A stretch of DNA of 61,819 nt from an uncultured virus (IMG/VR IMGVR_UViG_3300020046_003388) (taxonomy: Duplodnaviria > Heunggongvirae > Uroviricota > Caudoviricetes): the IMG/VR virus record IMGVR_UViG_3300020046_003388; one strand, given 5' to 3'. The notes below the pieces were generated by a model. That model was not told the DNA's origin. It did no database searches and saw nothing but the letters and a program-made list of their open reading frames with translations. This document shows, piece by piece, positions 1 through 9,694 of the stretch. The position numbers and the translations under genes were made by a program. Each line of letters begins with the position of its first letter. Position 1 is the stretch's first letter.

Positions 1-63
1 TCACTAATCGGTTAATCGATATCGAAGATGCCTGGAAACATACTCGTGCCATCCTAGATAAGA

Positions 64-501
64 TTGGCAGTAAGATTCGTGCCTAGGCAGCTCAAGCTGA
101 AGACCGTTGAGCTTGGGGGTCTGGAACTCTACCTCATCTATCAGTACGGGGAAGTCTGGGAGGATGCTTGGGTTGCAGCTCAAAGTCTCCCGATCGCAGA
201 GTTGTTCACGACCATCCACTTCGAGGTCATGAATCACGCTTTACGCGGTTGGACTTCTCCGCTCGTGAAGGCTCTTGGGCTTTCTCCAGCAGGCGCCTTA
301 CGTAAGCTCCCACTAAAGGATAGGACTTGCTACAAAAAGACCGTATGTCCGCTATACACGAAGGACTGCCAACCTCAGTCGCTAAAAATGCCATGGTGTT
401 TCGAGCCGGGATCCGTCGTAGACCTCACAGCTAGGGGATTAGGTGCAGAAGCCATCCGACTGTGGAAGTTGGGTGTGTACCTAATTGTTGTAACTCACTA
501 A
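64..501 (+). CDS. hypothetical protein (Cys-containing); start uncertain
   Basis: Long ORF directly upstream of and co-oriented with polA; C-x4-C-x5-C...C cluster. Confidence 0.6.
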   Translation: MAVRFVPRQLKLKTVELGGLELYLIYQYGEVWEDAWVAAQSLPIAELFTTIHFEVMNHALRGWTSPLVKALGLSPAGALRKLPLKDRTCYKKTVCPLYTKDCQPQSLKMPWCFEPGSVVDLTARGLGAEAIRLWKLGVYLIVVTH

Positions 502-534
502 TTTACCACGACAACTGCCAACTTTTGGAGATAC

Positions 535-3500
535 ATGTCCAACGCAAGCCCCCTAGACTTCATGCAGAATGTAGGTCTCACTCAACAGAGGGAGACGCCG
601 AATATTGTGAAGCCTTGGATGAAGTACCATCGATTCGAGGTGGTAAGTACGATTGAGAAGCTTGAGTGGGTTATTCAGAAGGCCTTTGAGGCTAAGGAGT
701 GCTCCCTTGACCTGGAGACTCAGGGACTGGATACCCGAGTCTACCTCAAGCCTGTCTCAGAGTTGGAATCCCCTCACGAGATTTGGTGGGACCCAGCATC
801 ACCTCCTGCATTAGTCCCTCAATCTGTTCACAAGATTGTGGGCTACTGTCTGTCCTACGATGGCATAACGGGGTACTACGTTCCTGTTCGTCACACTGCC
901 CCAGGAGCCGTGAACGTAGACCTTGTGAGAGCTGGGCAGCTTATCTCAAAGCTGTGTCATGCAGCCCAACCTGAGTTGACAACGGAGGGACTAGCTCAGG
1001 ACCCATTAGGCAGCTACTTGATCAAAACTCCAGGTAAGATCAAGCTATACTTTTGGCACGCTAAGTTCGATCAGGAGCTACTCTACCCGGTGACAGGGAT
1101 CGACTTTTGGCATCCAGAATCCTATGAGGATGGGATGCTACTGTACTTTGTTAAGTACACTAGCGATAAAAACCTAGACCTGAAGCAGAAGTCCTTCAAA
1201 GAGCTGTTTGTACGAGACGCTCAAGGGAAGCTCATAACGGAGAACAACAACGCTATCCCCTACGAGATGATCAAGCTGAAGGAGCTGTTCTTGAAGGGGC
1301 GAGAGATTGACTTCCCTTCGCTTCACCCAGAAGAGCCAGGTGTAGTTGCCTACGCCTGCTCTGATGCCATTTGCACGTTCCTGCATTGCAAAAAGCCGGA
1401 ACTCATCAGTATGACACGGGACCCGAAGTATTTCCCGATGTATCGCCTTGAAAAGCAGTCTGCTCAGGCACTACGGGGTATGGAGCGTAATCGAGTTAAG
1501 CTCGACTTGCCCTACGTGCGATCCTTGTTTGCCGAGGCAAGAATAGAGGCAGATGGCTACCGAAATCAAATCGTTACGCTCGCTAGCGAGTATGGCTTTC
1601 CTGACTTCGACCCACAGTCTCCAGCTCAGTTGGCGGAGTTTCTATTCAAGTCCCCAAGTGGCTTGAAGATCGAGCCCAAACCAGAGCAAACCCCTAGTGG
1701 TCAGTACAAAACGGACGCTGATACCCTAGAGAAAATCGTACTAGAGAACTCAGGTGTCAATCCAATCCTTCTTGTGGTGGTCAAGTACCGACAAGTGGAA
1801 AAGGTTATTGGTACCTACTTGGAGGCTATGGTCGCTAATTGCGATGCCAACGATGAGGCCAGGGTGCAATTCAAGCAAACAGGAGCTGCAACCGGGCGTA
1901 TCTCAGCTCCTGGTGGCGACCCCAAACACGGGTACTGTGGGTTCCCTCCTCACGGTATTCCAAGCACCTATGACGAGAAGAAGCCAAAGGTAGCTACGTG
2001 CCTAAGGCAAGCTTTCATTGCTCGACCTGGTTACACGATGGTGAAGGTCGACTTTGCTGGAGAAGAGCTTAGGATTGTAACCAACCTATCTCAGGAGCCT
2101 GTCTGGATCAAAGAGTTCTTGGAGGGGACCGGGGACCTCCATACGATTACAGCAAAGGCGTTCTTCAACAAGGAAGACATCACAAAACAGGAACGCCAGC
2201 AAGGTAAGATTGCCAACTTCTCTCTCGTTTACGGAGGTGGAGTGCGGGCGATTATGAACGCAACGGGTTGCAACCAACCTGAGGCAGGTCGTAGGAAGCT
2301 AAACTTCGACAAGTCCATGCCAAGGTTTGCTGGTTGGGTCACACTCCAGAAGAAGTACATTCACGAACACAAGGGAGTGAAAACTGCTTTTGGTCGATGG
2401 ATTGCGACACCTCAGGTTGACAGCGAGGACAAGGCTCTAGTAGGTGCCGCAGAAAGGTGGTCTATAAATTATCCCATACAAGGCTGTCAAAATTTCAACT
2501 CTAGAGTTATGACTACTCAGGGGTTCAAACGTATTGGAGACTTGGAGGGTAGTGGAGAGGCATTTACCGCTTGGACCGGGTCTGTATGGGCTACAGCCAA
2601 AGCGTTCAATATGGGCCAGTGCCAGCTATCCAACATCAGATTGGCAGATGGGGCAACTGTAACGTGTGACACCCGCCACAAACTTCTTGTAGTTACCGAA
2701 GAAGGGTATAATTGGGTAGATTACCCAGAATTGAAACCAAAGGATAAGGTAGCTACCTCCCTGTGTTTCCCAGTTGAGTTCTCTCCTGAGCCGCTAGCTG
2801 GTATAACCCCTCAGAAGCTATCGAGGTTAGCTGTAACTCCAGACTCGGATCTCCAAGACTTTTGGTATTGGATGGGGCGTTACTATGGGGATGGTAACGT
2901 TTACTTGACTCACAATCCTGGTATTACTTACTCATTTGGGGACCATGAGGGGGAGGCTATTGCTCGTTGCGTTGCCTTTTGGAAGTTGTGGGGATTGAAC
3001 CCTAAAGTTAAGACAGGTACCCACCAACCAGACCAAAAAATATCGACTCGTCATCAAGTTGTCGTGTACAGCAAAGACCTTGCCTTTTGGTTAAAGTCTA
3101 TAGGAATAGAGCCTGCTACAGCGCACACCAAAAAGCTTACCCCTCGCATCCTGCAAGAGACCCTAGTCAACCGTAAAGCCTTCATGAGGGGCTTCATGGA
3201 CTCAGATGGTTGTCGCCCAACTGTCGAGAAAAATAAGGGTAACCCTTATAGCCTACATCTTTGCCAACGGGAGTTGCTTGCTGACACGAAGTTGCTTCTT
3301 CGTACGTTAGGTGTAGAGTCCTGTGTTCGTGGCCCGTACCAGTATGTCAATAAGAAAACTGGATTGGAGACGACGAGCTACCGACTAGACATCCAGCGAA
3401 GGATGTTTGAGCGTAATGTCATGGACCGTACGGACCTAAGATACGAGAAGTTTCACGACATGGAGGCCCCAAAGTTCCTTGTAGTAAACTTCTTGTCTAA

Positions 3501-4563
3501 GGGTACTTGGAAGCGGTCAGACTTCAAAGGGGACCAATCCTTGTACACTCTGTACAGTCGTATTCGTACTGGAGGCAAGGTAGGGGTGTATACCCTTGAC
3601 CGACTCTGTCGAACCTTGGGGGTTCGACTAGACCATCCTATCTACGGCTTCAAACGGCTTGTGTCCAAGACCGAGCTTGACAGAGTAGAGGACACCTACA
3701 CCCTGTCAGTCAATGACCCTCTCCATCGATTTGAGGCCGATGGGGTTATCTCAAAGAACAGTGGCGCGGATATCATGAAAATGGCCATGGTTCTCCTACA
3801 CAAGGAGTTCTACAGGCTAGGATGGTATGCTCAAGACGCCATTCGAATGTTGTTGACTGTTCATGACGAGATCGTCTTCGAGGTGAAGCACCATCTCGTA
3901 CCAGAGGCCATGCCGATCATTGAGGAGCTAATGACTCGTCCAGGTCGAATGGCTCGATGGCAAGTCCCTCTTGAGGTGGAGCCCCTGATTGACTCTACTT
4001 GGGATGCTAAGTACGACTACCACAAGATTCTCCATGGCTCCTTCAAGCCACCGAAGGAAGGAGAGAAGCTAAAGGGCCTAGACCTTCGAGTGGGTAATTA
4101 CATCTTCCACAAGGTGCCAGCTTGGTTGGAAGGCATTGTTATCCCGGATTGGCAGCGTGAAGGTTGGGACCCTAGTGCAAAGCAGCAGAAGTCGTTAGGG
4201 GCTCCAATTGCTGGAATTGTAACTCCCCCAACCGTACAAGCTCCGTCTCCGGTACAAGCTCAAGCTCAGGTCACGGCCCCTTCAGCTCTCCCCCCAGTAG
4301 CCAACCCTACAACTGCCGTAGCAGAGCCAGAGACACCTCTTACCGAGGATGACATATTCGTCTACCCTATTTACACCCTTACCGAGTTCACCATGAGGAA
4401 GGTGGCGGCTATCTGCATAGAGCTACTGGACGATGGAGACTGTAAAGTGCTCCACCTAGTCTCTGTAAAGGAGCCTGGTCAGTACGTTCTAATTGACGCG
4501 AGTCTTGGCATTCGAGTCAACCCAGAAAGTTTTGGTCGTCTAATGCGCGATCGTGGGCTATAG
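535..4563 (+). CDS. polA: Family A DNA polymerase (3'-5' exonuclease + polymerase), intein-containing, with Pro-rich C-terminal extension
   Basis: ExoI SLDLETQG, ExoII HAKFD, ExoIII YACSD; motif A KVDFAGEELR; motif B RQQGKIANFSLVYG; motif C LTVHDEIVFE. Confidence 0.96.
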   Translation: MSNASPLDFMQNVGLTQQRETPNIVKPWMKYHRFEVVSTIEKLEWVIQKAFEAKECSLDLETQGLDTRVYLKPVSELESPHEIWWDPASPPALVPQSVHKIVGYCLSYDGITGYYVPVRHTAPGAVNVDLVRAGQLISKLCHAAQPELTTEGLAQDPLGSYLIKTPGKIKLYFWHAKFDQELLYPVTGIDFWHPESYEDGMLLYFVKYTSDKNLDLKQKSFKELFVRDAQGKLITENNNAIPYEMIKLKELFLKGREIDFPSLHPEEPGVVAYACSDAICTFLHCKKPELISMTRDPKYFPMYRLEKQSAQALRGMERNRVKLDLPYVRSLFAEARIEADGYRNQIVTLASEYGFPDFDPQSPAQLAEFLFKSPSGLKIEPKPEQTPSGQYKTDADTLEKIVLENSGVNPILLVVVKYRQVEKVIGTYLEAMVANCDANDEARVQFKQTGAATGRISAPGGDPKHGYCGFPPHGIPSTYDEKKPKVATCLRQAFIARPGYTMVKVDFAGEELRIVTNLSQEPVWIKEFLEGTGDLHTITAKAFFNKEDITKQERQQGKIANFSLVYGGGVRAIMNATGCNQPEAGRRKLNFDKSMPRFAGWVTLQKKYIHEHKGVKTAFGRWIATPQVDSEDKALVGAAERWSINYPIQGCQNFNSRVMTTQGFKRIGDLEGSGEAFTAWTGSVWATAKAFNMGQCQLSNIRLADGATVTCDTRHKLLVVTEEGYNWVDYPELKPKDKVATSLCFPVEFSPEPLAGITPQKLSRLAVTPDSDLQDFWYWMGRYYGDGNVYLTHNPGITYSFGDHEGEAIARCVAFWKLWGLNPKVKTGTHQPDQKISTRHQVVVYSKDLAFWLKSIGIEPATAHTKKLTPRILQETLVNRKAFMRGFMDSDGCRPTVEKNKGNPYSLHLCQRELLADTKLLLRTLGVESCVRGPYQYVNKKTGLETTSYRLDIQRRMFERNVMDRTDLRYEKFHDMEAPKFLVVNFLSKGTWKRSDFKGDQSLYTLYSRIRTGGKVGVYTLDRLCRTLGVRLDHPIYGFKRLVSKTELDRVEDTYTLSVNDPLHRFEADGVISKNSGADIMKMAMVLLHKEFYRLGWYAQDAIRMLLTVHDEIVFEVKHHLVPEAMPIIEELMTRPGRMARWQVPLEVEPLIDSTWDAKYDYHKILHGSFKPPKEGEKLKGLDLRVGNYIFHKVPAWLEGIVIPDWQREGWDPSAKQQKSLGAPIAGIVTPPTVQAPSPVQAQAQVTAPSALPPVANPTTAVAEPETPLTEDDIFVYPIYTLTEFTMRKVAAICIELLDDGDCKVLHLVSVKEPGQYVLIDASLGIRVNPESFGRLMRDRGL
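2485..3759 (+). mobile_element. Intein (425 aa) with LAGLIDADG homing endonuclease inside polA
   Basis: Interrupts conserved NYPIQG|SGADI; starts with Cys (CQNFNSRV), ends ISKN before +1 Ser; LAGLIDADG-like motifs WMGRYYGDG and FMRGFMDSDG. Confidence 0.93.
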
Positions 4564-4572
4564 TCGAAGAGC

Positions 4573-5157
4573 ATGGACCGTAAAGACTACCTTGGAGAGT
4601 GCAACGAATTTCGCCTACCTTTGGCCGAATTTCAGGAGACCTTCTGCCAAAGGTGCTCGCAACCCGAATGCACAAGGAGTCTTTACGGCACCTCGCTTTT
4701 TGACCGTCGTGTAAATACCTGGCACGAACGGCTATTCTCTGCGGTACCTAAGATGGATTCTAGTGATCCAAGGTTTGCTGAGATAGCTACCAAGAAATTC
4801 ATGCTAATCGACCCTAGCCCTCCTTATGAGGTAGCCTCTTGGGTGGAGCCTTCCCAGGAGGTTGTAAAGGTCGATGGTACGGACCCTGGTACGAGCAAGA
4901 AGCCATCGGAAGAGGTTCAGGAGGTTCAGGTACCTCAAGTCCTCCCAACCCCACCTACCCCAACCCAGGAACCTCCAAGGGTTCTCGGGTTGGGTGGGTT
5001 AAATACTCCTAATCATGGGGGTAAGTTCATAGGAGGGGGGCCTCCAGTGGCTCCTCCGACTCGGGATCCTTGGGCTGCCCCAACGGCACCTAAGGGGGAC
5101 GTAGTAAAAAAAGGTGCGATTATTCGGCTCGGGGGCGATCGTGGTGGTGTAAAGTAG
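4573..5157 (+). CDS. hypothetical protein, N-terminal Cys cluster, Pro-rich C-terminus
   Basis: ORF 9 nt after polA; C...CxxCxxxxC. Confidence 0.75.
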   Translation: MDRKDYLGECNEFRLPLAEFQETFCQRCSQPECTRSLYGTSLFDRRVNTWHERLFSAVPKMDSSDPRFAEIATKKFMLIDPSPPYEVASWVEPSQEVVKVDGTDPGTSKKPSEEVQEVQVPQVLPTPPTPTQEPPRVLGLGGLNTPNHGGKFIGGGPPVAPPTRDPWAAPTAPKGDVVKKGAIIRLGGDRGGVK

Positions 5158-5188
5158 AGCAGCAACCTACGGATAGAGGTAAGGGAAG

Positions 5189-5362
5189 ATGGAATTTACG
5201 ACGTTGATTAAGCCGGACGGTAAGGTAGTGGTGGAGGTTACAGACCGCCAAGAGCACCTGTGTGCTGAGATCTACAAGGTCACCAATCGAATGGGGACTC
5301 AGCTCTCAGATGAGGAGCTTCCAGATTGCGCCTCTACTGTCCGTGAAACCACGAGCACCTAA
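5189..5362 (+). CDS. DUF2997-like small protein (57 aa; absent from ORF track)
   Basis: Translated by hand: MEFTTLIKPDGKVVVEVTDRQEHLCAEIYKVTNRMGTQLSDEELPDCASTVRETTST; IxPDGxVxxEV...C pattern; purine-rich RBS; adjacent to a DUF1257-like gene. Confidence 0.75.
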   Translation: MEFTTLIKPDGKVVVEVTDRQEHLCAEIYKVTNRMGTQLSDEELPDCASTVRETTST

Positions 5363-5373
5363 AAGGAAACAAC

Positions 5374-5706
5374 ATGTCACATCGAGTAACTGTCCAGACT
5401 GCAATCACAAACAAGGATTTTGCTGTGGCTGCTATGACTCAGCTGAAGATCCAACATCGGGTGGAAGGGTCCACCATCCACCTCACCTCAGGGAACTTTG
5501 CGGGTTCTAGGTTGAACCTGACTACGGGTGAGTTGGTAAGTGGTGACACGGACCACGTCCGAGTGACGACGGAGACCTTTGGGGTACTACGTCAGACCTA
5601 CGCAGAGGCTCAATACCGTGCCGAAGCCTTTCAGCAGGGTATTGACATTCTTGGTCGAGAAGTCCTCAAGGACGGCACGATCAAGCTTGTTTGTCGAATG
5701 GCCTGA
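5374..5706 (+). CDS. DUF1257/Ycf35-like protein
   Basis: MSHxxTVQTxI N-terminus; C-terminal L.Q.Y...G......DGTIKLV; AAGGA RBS. Confidence 0.75.
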   Translation: MSHRVTVQTAITNKDFAVAAMTQLKIQHRVEGSTIHLTSGNFAGSRLNLTTGELVSGDTDHVRVTTETFGVLRQTYAEAQYRAEAFQQGIDILGREVLKDGTIKLVCRMA

Positions 5707-5730
5707 ACCTTCCTAGGCAGTTGGTGTAGT

Positions 5731-5770
5731 AAGCTCATCTTCCTTTCGAAGAAGGTGAGCTTTCACTTTT
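5731..5770 (+). terminator. Stem-loop followed by T-rich tract (putative intrinsic terminator or attenuator)
   Basis: aagctcatcttc-ctttcgaa-gaaggtgagctt, then ttcacttttt. Confidence 0.55.
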
Positions 5771-5803
5771 TACGGTACACGGTACCTCAAAACGAGACCC
5801 AAA

Positions 5804-7366
5804 ATGAATCCCGAGCTAATTCAACATCTGAGTGCGTACACTAGGGCTATTTTCTACGTAACAGACGAAGAGGATAGGTTCATCATTGAGTTGCAAGAAG
5901 TGCTAAAGCAGCGTCAGGCCTGGGTGTACAATGGAGCCTTTGGGCTTCAGCCTATCGCAGATATTCAAGCGGATTGGGAAAACTTGACCCACAATGTATC
6001 GAATGTCCCTACAATCCATGATGCTCTAGTCAAGATGTACAAGGACAACCCTAAAGGTAAGGAGCTTTTCTACGTAATCACAGATCCAGACCGTTGGTTC
6101 AAGGATGAGCTTGTACATCGTCGAGTTCTCAACCTCATCCACCAAGGCCATCAAAATAAATTTGTGGTAAAGGTCATGATCTTTGTGGGACCTCGTAGGT
6201 CCATCCCAGAAAAGCTTCAGCGGTACTTTACCGTTATCCAGGATACTGGGCTAGATACGAATCAGACAAAGAGCCTTGTAGCCAAGGTGTCTGGAATGGT
6301 CAAAGCAAAGATCCCACCGAATGAGGCTCAGCTATTCAGGGGTATGACCTCGTACGAGGTTGAAGAGTCTATTACCCTGTCTGCCTACCACACACGTAAG
6401 AGTGCGGAAGGTAGACAGGTTGATCCCACATTCATCCAGGCGTACAAGCGAAATCAACTACGAAAAACTGACCTAGTCCAATATGTCGAGACCACCAAGG
6501 ACTCCTTTGACAAGATCGGAGGGGCTGACCGATTCAAGAGCTGGGCAAGGAAGACGAAAGCTTGTTGGACCGAGAAGGGACAAGCCTTTGGCCTAAAGCC
6601 ACCCCGAGGTGTTCTGCTTGTGGGGGTCTATGGGTGCGGAAAGAGTATCAGCGCCAAGGCCATGGCAAATGAATGGGACCTTCCCCTGGTGCAATTCGAG
6701 ATGGGGAAGCTTAGGTCTTCAGGTGTTGGAGACTCAGAGGCTAACCTCTATAGGGCCCTACGCGTTGTAGAGAGCGTAGCTCCGTGTGTGTTGTGGATTG
6801 ACGAAGCGGAGAAGAGCCTAGCGGGTAGTCAGTCCTCTGCGCAATCTGATGCAGGTACGACATCTAGACTTCTTGGTATCCTGTCTACCTGGACGCAGGA
6901 GTCGAAGGCGCCAATTTGTATCGTCATGACAGCGAATAGCCTCAAGTCTCTTCCAGTAGAGATGGTGAATCGTATGCCACAGCGGTTTTTCTTTGACCTC
7001 CCCAACGAGGAAGACCGAATTGACATTCTGAAGATCCACGGAGCTGCGGCTGGTCAGGATCTAACCACGTTCAATCTCGTGGACCTAGCAGAGAAGGCGA
7101 AGAGTCTGGTAGGTCGTGAGATTGAGCAGGCTATCCAGGAAGCGATGATGGAGTCCTATACGAAGGGGAAGCCAGGGCTAGACGAAGAAATTCTAGCTAC
7201 AGAGCTTGCTCATCGGCCTCGTATCATCAAAACGATGACGGATGAAATCAAGGAAGTTCTTGATTGGGTTGGTTACGACCCTGAGGTAGACGATGGAATT
7301 CGTGCTAGGTTGGCGTCGAGTCATCGTAGTGAGCAGTTCAATGTGACTTTGGGTGGTACCCCATAG
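5804..7366 (+). CDS. Ycf46-like AAA+ ATPase
   Basis: PRGVLLVGVYGCGKS (Walker A), VLWIDEAEK (Walker B), MTAN sensor, FFFDLP; degenerate N-terminal AAA-like region. Confidence 0.88.
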   Translation: MNPELIQHLSAYTRAIFYVTDEEDRFIIELQEVLKQRQAWVYNGAFGLQPIADIQADWENLTHNVSNVPTIHDALVKMYKDNPKGKELFYVITDPDRWFKDELVHRRVLNLIHQGHQNKFVVKVMIFVGPRRSIPEKLQRYFTVIQDTGLDTNQTKSLVAKVSGMVKAKIPPNEAQLFRGMTSYEVEESITLSAYHTRKSAEGRQVDPTFIQAYKRNQLRKTDLVQYVETTKDSFDKIGGADRFKSWARKTKACWTEKGQAFGLKPPRGVLLVGVYGCGKSISAKAMANEWDLPLVQFEMGKLRSSGVGDSEANLYRALRVVESVAPCVLWIDEAEKSLAGSQSSAQSDAGTTSRLLGILSTWTQESKAPICIVMTANSLKSLPVEMVNRMPQRFFFDLPNEEDRIDILKIHGAAAGQDLTTFNLVDLAEKAKSLVGREIEQAIQEAMMESYTKGKPGLDEEILATELAHRPRIIKTMTDEIKEVLDWVGYDPEVDDGIRARLASSHRSEQFNVTLGGTP

Positions 7367-7384
7367 TACAGGAGTCATGAAGAA

Positions 7385-7600
7385 GTGAACGAACACCCAT
7401 ATAGAGTGTCTGCTGTAAAGGAGCCCCAGAAAATGTCTGACAAAGAATTCTCGTACAGACAGACTCGCGTAGCGTTTATCTGTGCCTGCATCGCGTTCAT
7501 TGCGCTCGTGGTCAGTGTTACGACATGTAGTATGCGGTCAGATGTGATGGAGCTGAAGGTACTTAGAGAGCGAAACATGACGTGCCTATGTGGAAAGTGA
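7385..7600 (+). CDS. small membrane protein
   Basis: One hydrophobic segment VAFICACIAFIALVVSV. Confidence 0.55.
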   Translation: MNEHPYRVSAVKEPQKMSDKEFSYRQTRVAFICACIAFIALVVSVTTCSMRSDVMELKVLRERNMTCLCGK

Positions 7601-7624
7601 TACCCGACAATCAGGGAGACTAGA

Positions 7625-8935
7625 ATGGGAAGCTGTAAAGGGGAGTTGTGCTCGGGTTGTGTCGAGTGCGACCTAAACGTAGTACCTGAATCGATCGTTT
7701 GGAAAAAGGCATTAGAGTTCCTTGATCGGCAGGGAATGAACTCTGAAGCTACGTTGCAAGCAGCCGCGAAGACAGCTTCAAGCATGGTCCCTAGGGCCTC
7801 TTCATTCGAAGTCGAGGTTAAGAGTAAAGCAAACCCTGCTGCTGGTATTCTACGTCAGGTACGAGTAGTGATTCAGCAGCCTGAGGTTGCTGAGCTATTC
7901 AAGAGTACTCCTATGGAGGCACTTCCAGGCAAGTTGTTAGCTCACCTCCAGAAGGCTTTTACGGAGTACGGATACCATACAGAGGTACTACAGGACGCCG
8001 TAACTTACATCCTAGACGAGTTCGTACAGATTGGGGATAGTGTCCTTCTAATCTCTCCTCATACCGGTCGAGCTATCGCCCGACTTACAGAGGAGGATAT
8101 CTACCAACCTCAGTCGGTACCCAGAGAGCATGGAGGTATGGCCGTACCTGCAAAGAGGCTACGTCCAGAGCTGGAGGGGTTCCTTGTACACTACTCATTC
8201 GAACGAGTAAGAGAGCAAGATGACCTTGATCGGATTAGCTTACGAGTCCCACACGCTACAGATCTCGTAAGAGAGATGGGCGACCCTCGTCTACTGTTCA
8301 CTACGTTGAACGGTAGACGAGAGATCCGTCACCAGATTGCAGAGATTCTTCCGAACTTACTTGATGCTGCGAAGGTAGCTAGGCTTTCACCGGCCAGTTA
8401 CCTTCTAAATAGGTTTCTCCCACCCTCCGATCAAGAGCTACTCAGAGGTCCCGACCTCACTTTTCAAGTTGGTGGTAGGTACAGAACCCCGTTAGTCGAT
8501 GCAACTGCGCGTAACCTGAACTTTGACATAAAGCGTGTTGTTCTGGAGTCCACTGTTACCTCTTGGACGAGAGAGCTTGCGACGAACATTCTTGCTAGGC
8601 TAGGCTCAGAGTTCTCGCATAACATGACAGAGTGGGTGGGTAGCCCAGACCACACAAACATCATGTTCGTTATGTCCCCAAATACGATGAAGTACCTAAG
8701 TCCTGACCGGCCAACTCTTGTCGTCAACCAATTTCGGGACGGAGTTGTTCTTGGGGTCGAGGGGACTGTCCTGGGGGCTCTTCGTATACAAGACACTGGG
8801 ATAGACACTAGGGAAGTTCACGATAGGTGGACCGCTACTACGTACGCTAAGGTAGATGTTTGGCTTGACACTTCGAGATTTGCAGTGTTCGAGGTCAAAG
8901 ATGTTCCGGTCTCTGGCATAACGGTAGAGGGTTAA
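7625..8935 (+). CDS. hypothetical protein (436 aa)
   Basis: Long ORF with GGAG RBS; no confident family. Confidence 0.8.
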   Translation: MGSCKGELCSGCVECDLNVVPESIVWKKALEFLDRQGMNSEATLQAAAKTASSMVPRASSFEVEVKSKANPAAGILRQVRVVIQQPEVAELFKSTPMEALPGKLLAHLQKAFTEYGYHTEVLQDAVTYILDEFVQIGDSVLLISPHTGRAIARLTEEDIYQPQSVPREHGGMAVPAKRLRPELEGFLVHYSFERVREQDDLDRISLRVPHATDLVREMGDPRLLFTTLNGRREIRHQIAEILPNLLDAAKVARLSPASYLLNRFLPPSDQELLRGPDLTFQVGGRYRTPLVDATARNLNFDIKRVVLESTVTSWTRELATNILARLGSEFSHNMTEWVGSPDHTNIMFVMSPNTMKYLSPDRPTLVVNQFRDGVVLGVEGTVLGALRIQDTGIDTREVHDRWTATTYAKVDVWLDTSRFAVFEVKDVPVSGITVEG

Positions 8936-9196
8936 GTGCATTACTCTTTTGTTGTTCGGTCCGAATTCGAGGTTGACCTCCCAGAGTATCTTCTGACCAT
9001 AGGAGAGGGGGTGGATACTTTCCATGTCGTACTACTCAACGAATCACTTGAGTCCTTCAAGGCGAAGTTGAGTAGCCGTGGAGTCAAGGTGCTCCAGGTC
9101 CATCAACTCGATGGCCTTGCGCCTGTCCCTTCCGTGGAAGTCTTTGAGGCTCAACTAGCAGGAAGCATCACCCCACTACTTGGGGCTAAGAAGTGA
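8936..9196 (+). CDS. hypothetical protein
   Basis: Abuts the upstream stop; GTGA overlap with the next ORF. Confidence 0.65.
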   Translation: MHYSFVVRSEFEVDLPEYLLTIGEGVDTFHVVLLNESLESFKAKLSSRGVKVLQVHQLDGLAPVPSVEVFEAQLAGSITPLLGAKK

Positions 9197-9411
9197 GATC
9201 CTTTCAAGCTGGAGATTACTACCAAGCTCTATCCTTATTCACGGGTGGGCGTCATGTCCTGATTGGACAGGTAGCTCTACTGCTGAGGTGCTCCTTAGCT
9301 GAGGCAGAGAGCCTTCTTGAGACGCTCCGTAGCGAAGGACTAGTTAGACTTTTGACCGTACCTGAGGCCCGCCTACAAGGAATTACGCATGGCTACTGCT
9401 TGCTGGTGTAG
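9193..9411 (+). CDS. small winged-helix-like protein
   Basis: GQVALLLRCSLAEAESLLETLRSEGLV resembles a wHTH core. Confidence 0.55.
   Translation: MRSFQAGDYYQALSLFTGGRHVLIGQVALLLRCSLAEAESLLETLRSEGLVRLLTVPEARLQGITHGYCLLV
9405..9410 (+). promoter_or_regulatory. GGTGTA motif 9 nt before the GTG start at 9420
   Basis: Recurrent fixed-spacing motif (see findings). Confidence 0.55.
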
Positions 9412-9419
9412 TAAGTTGG

Positions 9420-9692
9420 GTGAGCCTTCGTAAACGCAAAGCGAACTTGATTCGAGTGCTACAAGCCCACCAGGTATCGAAGTGCCTCACGGCAGAGCAA
9501 GTCGAAGTCTTCGCTCGGATGTACTCTCACTGTAAGAGTGAGAAAGAGCAAGACGAGGTTACGGCCGTAGTTCGTCAGGTGTTCGATGGTTGGAAAACAG
9601 ACACGGACAGGTTCTCAAGGATGTTGCAGAATGAGCAGGTTGAAGACTGCGACCTTGCTGTTACCATTCCCCCTCATGCTCGTTGGAAGTAG
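9420..9692 (+). CDS. hypothetical protein
   Basis: ORF in operon context, preceded by GGTGTA-N9. Confidence 0.65.
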   Translation: MSLRKRKANLIRVLQAHQVSKCLTAEQVEVFARMYSHCKSEKEQDEVTAVVRQVFDGWKTDTDRFSRMLQNEQVEDCDLAVTIPPHARWK

Positions 9693-9694
9693 AT

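Noticed and set aside
5262..5510. 82-aa ORF in the track
   Set aside because: It overlaps the better-supported DUF2997-like and DUF1257-like genes in other frames.
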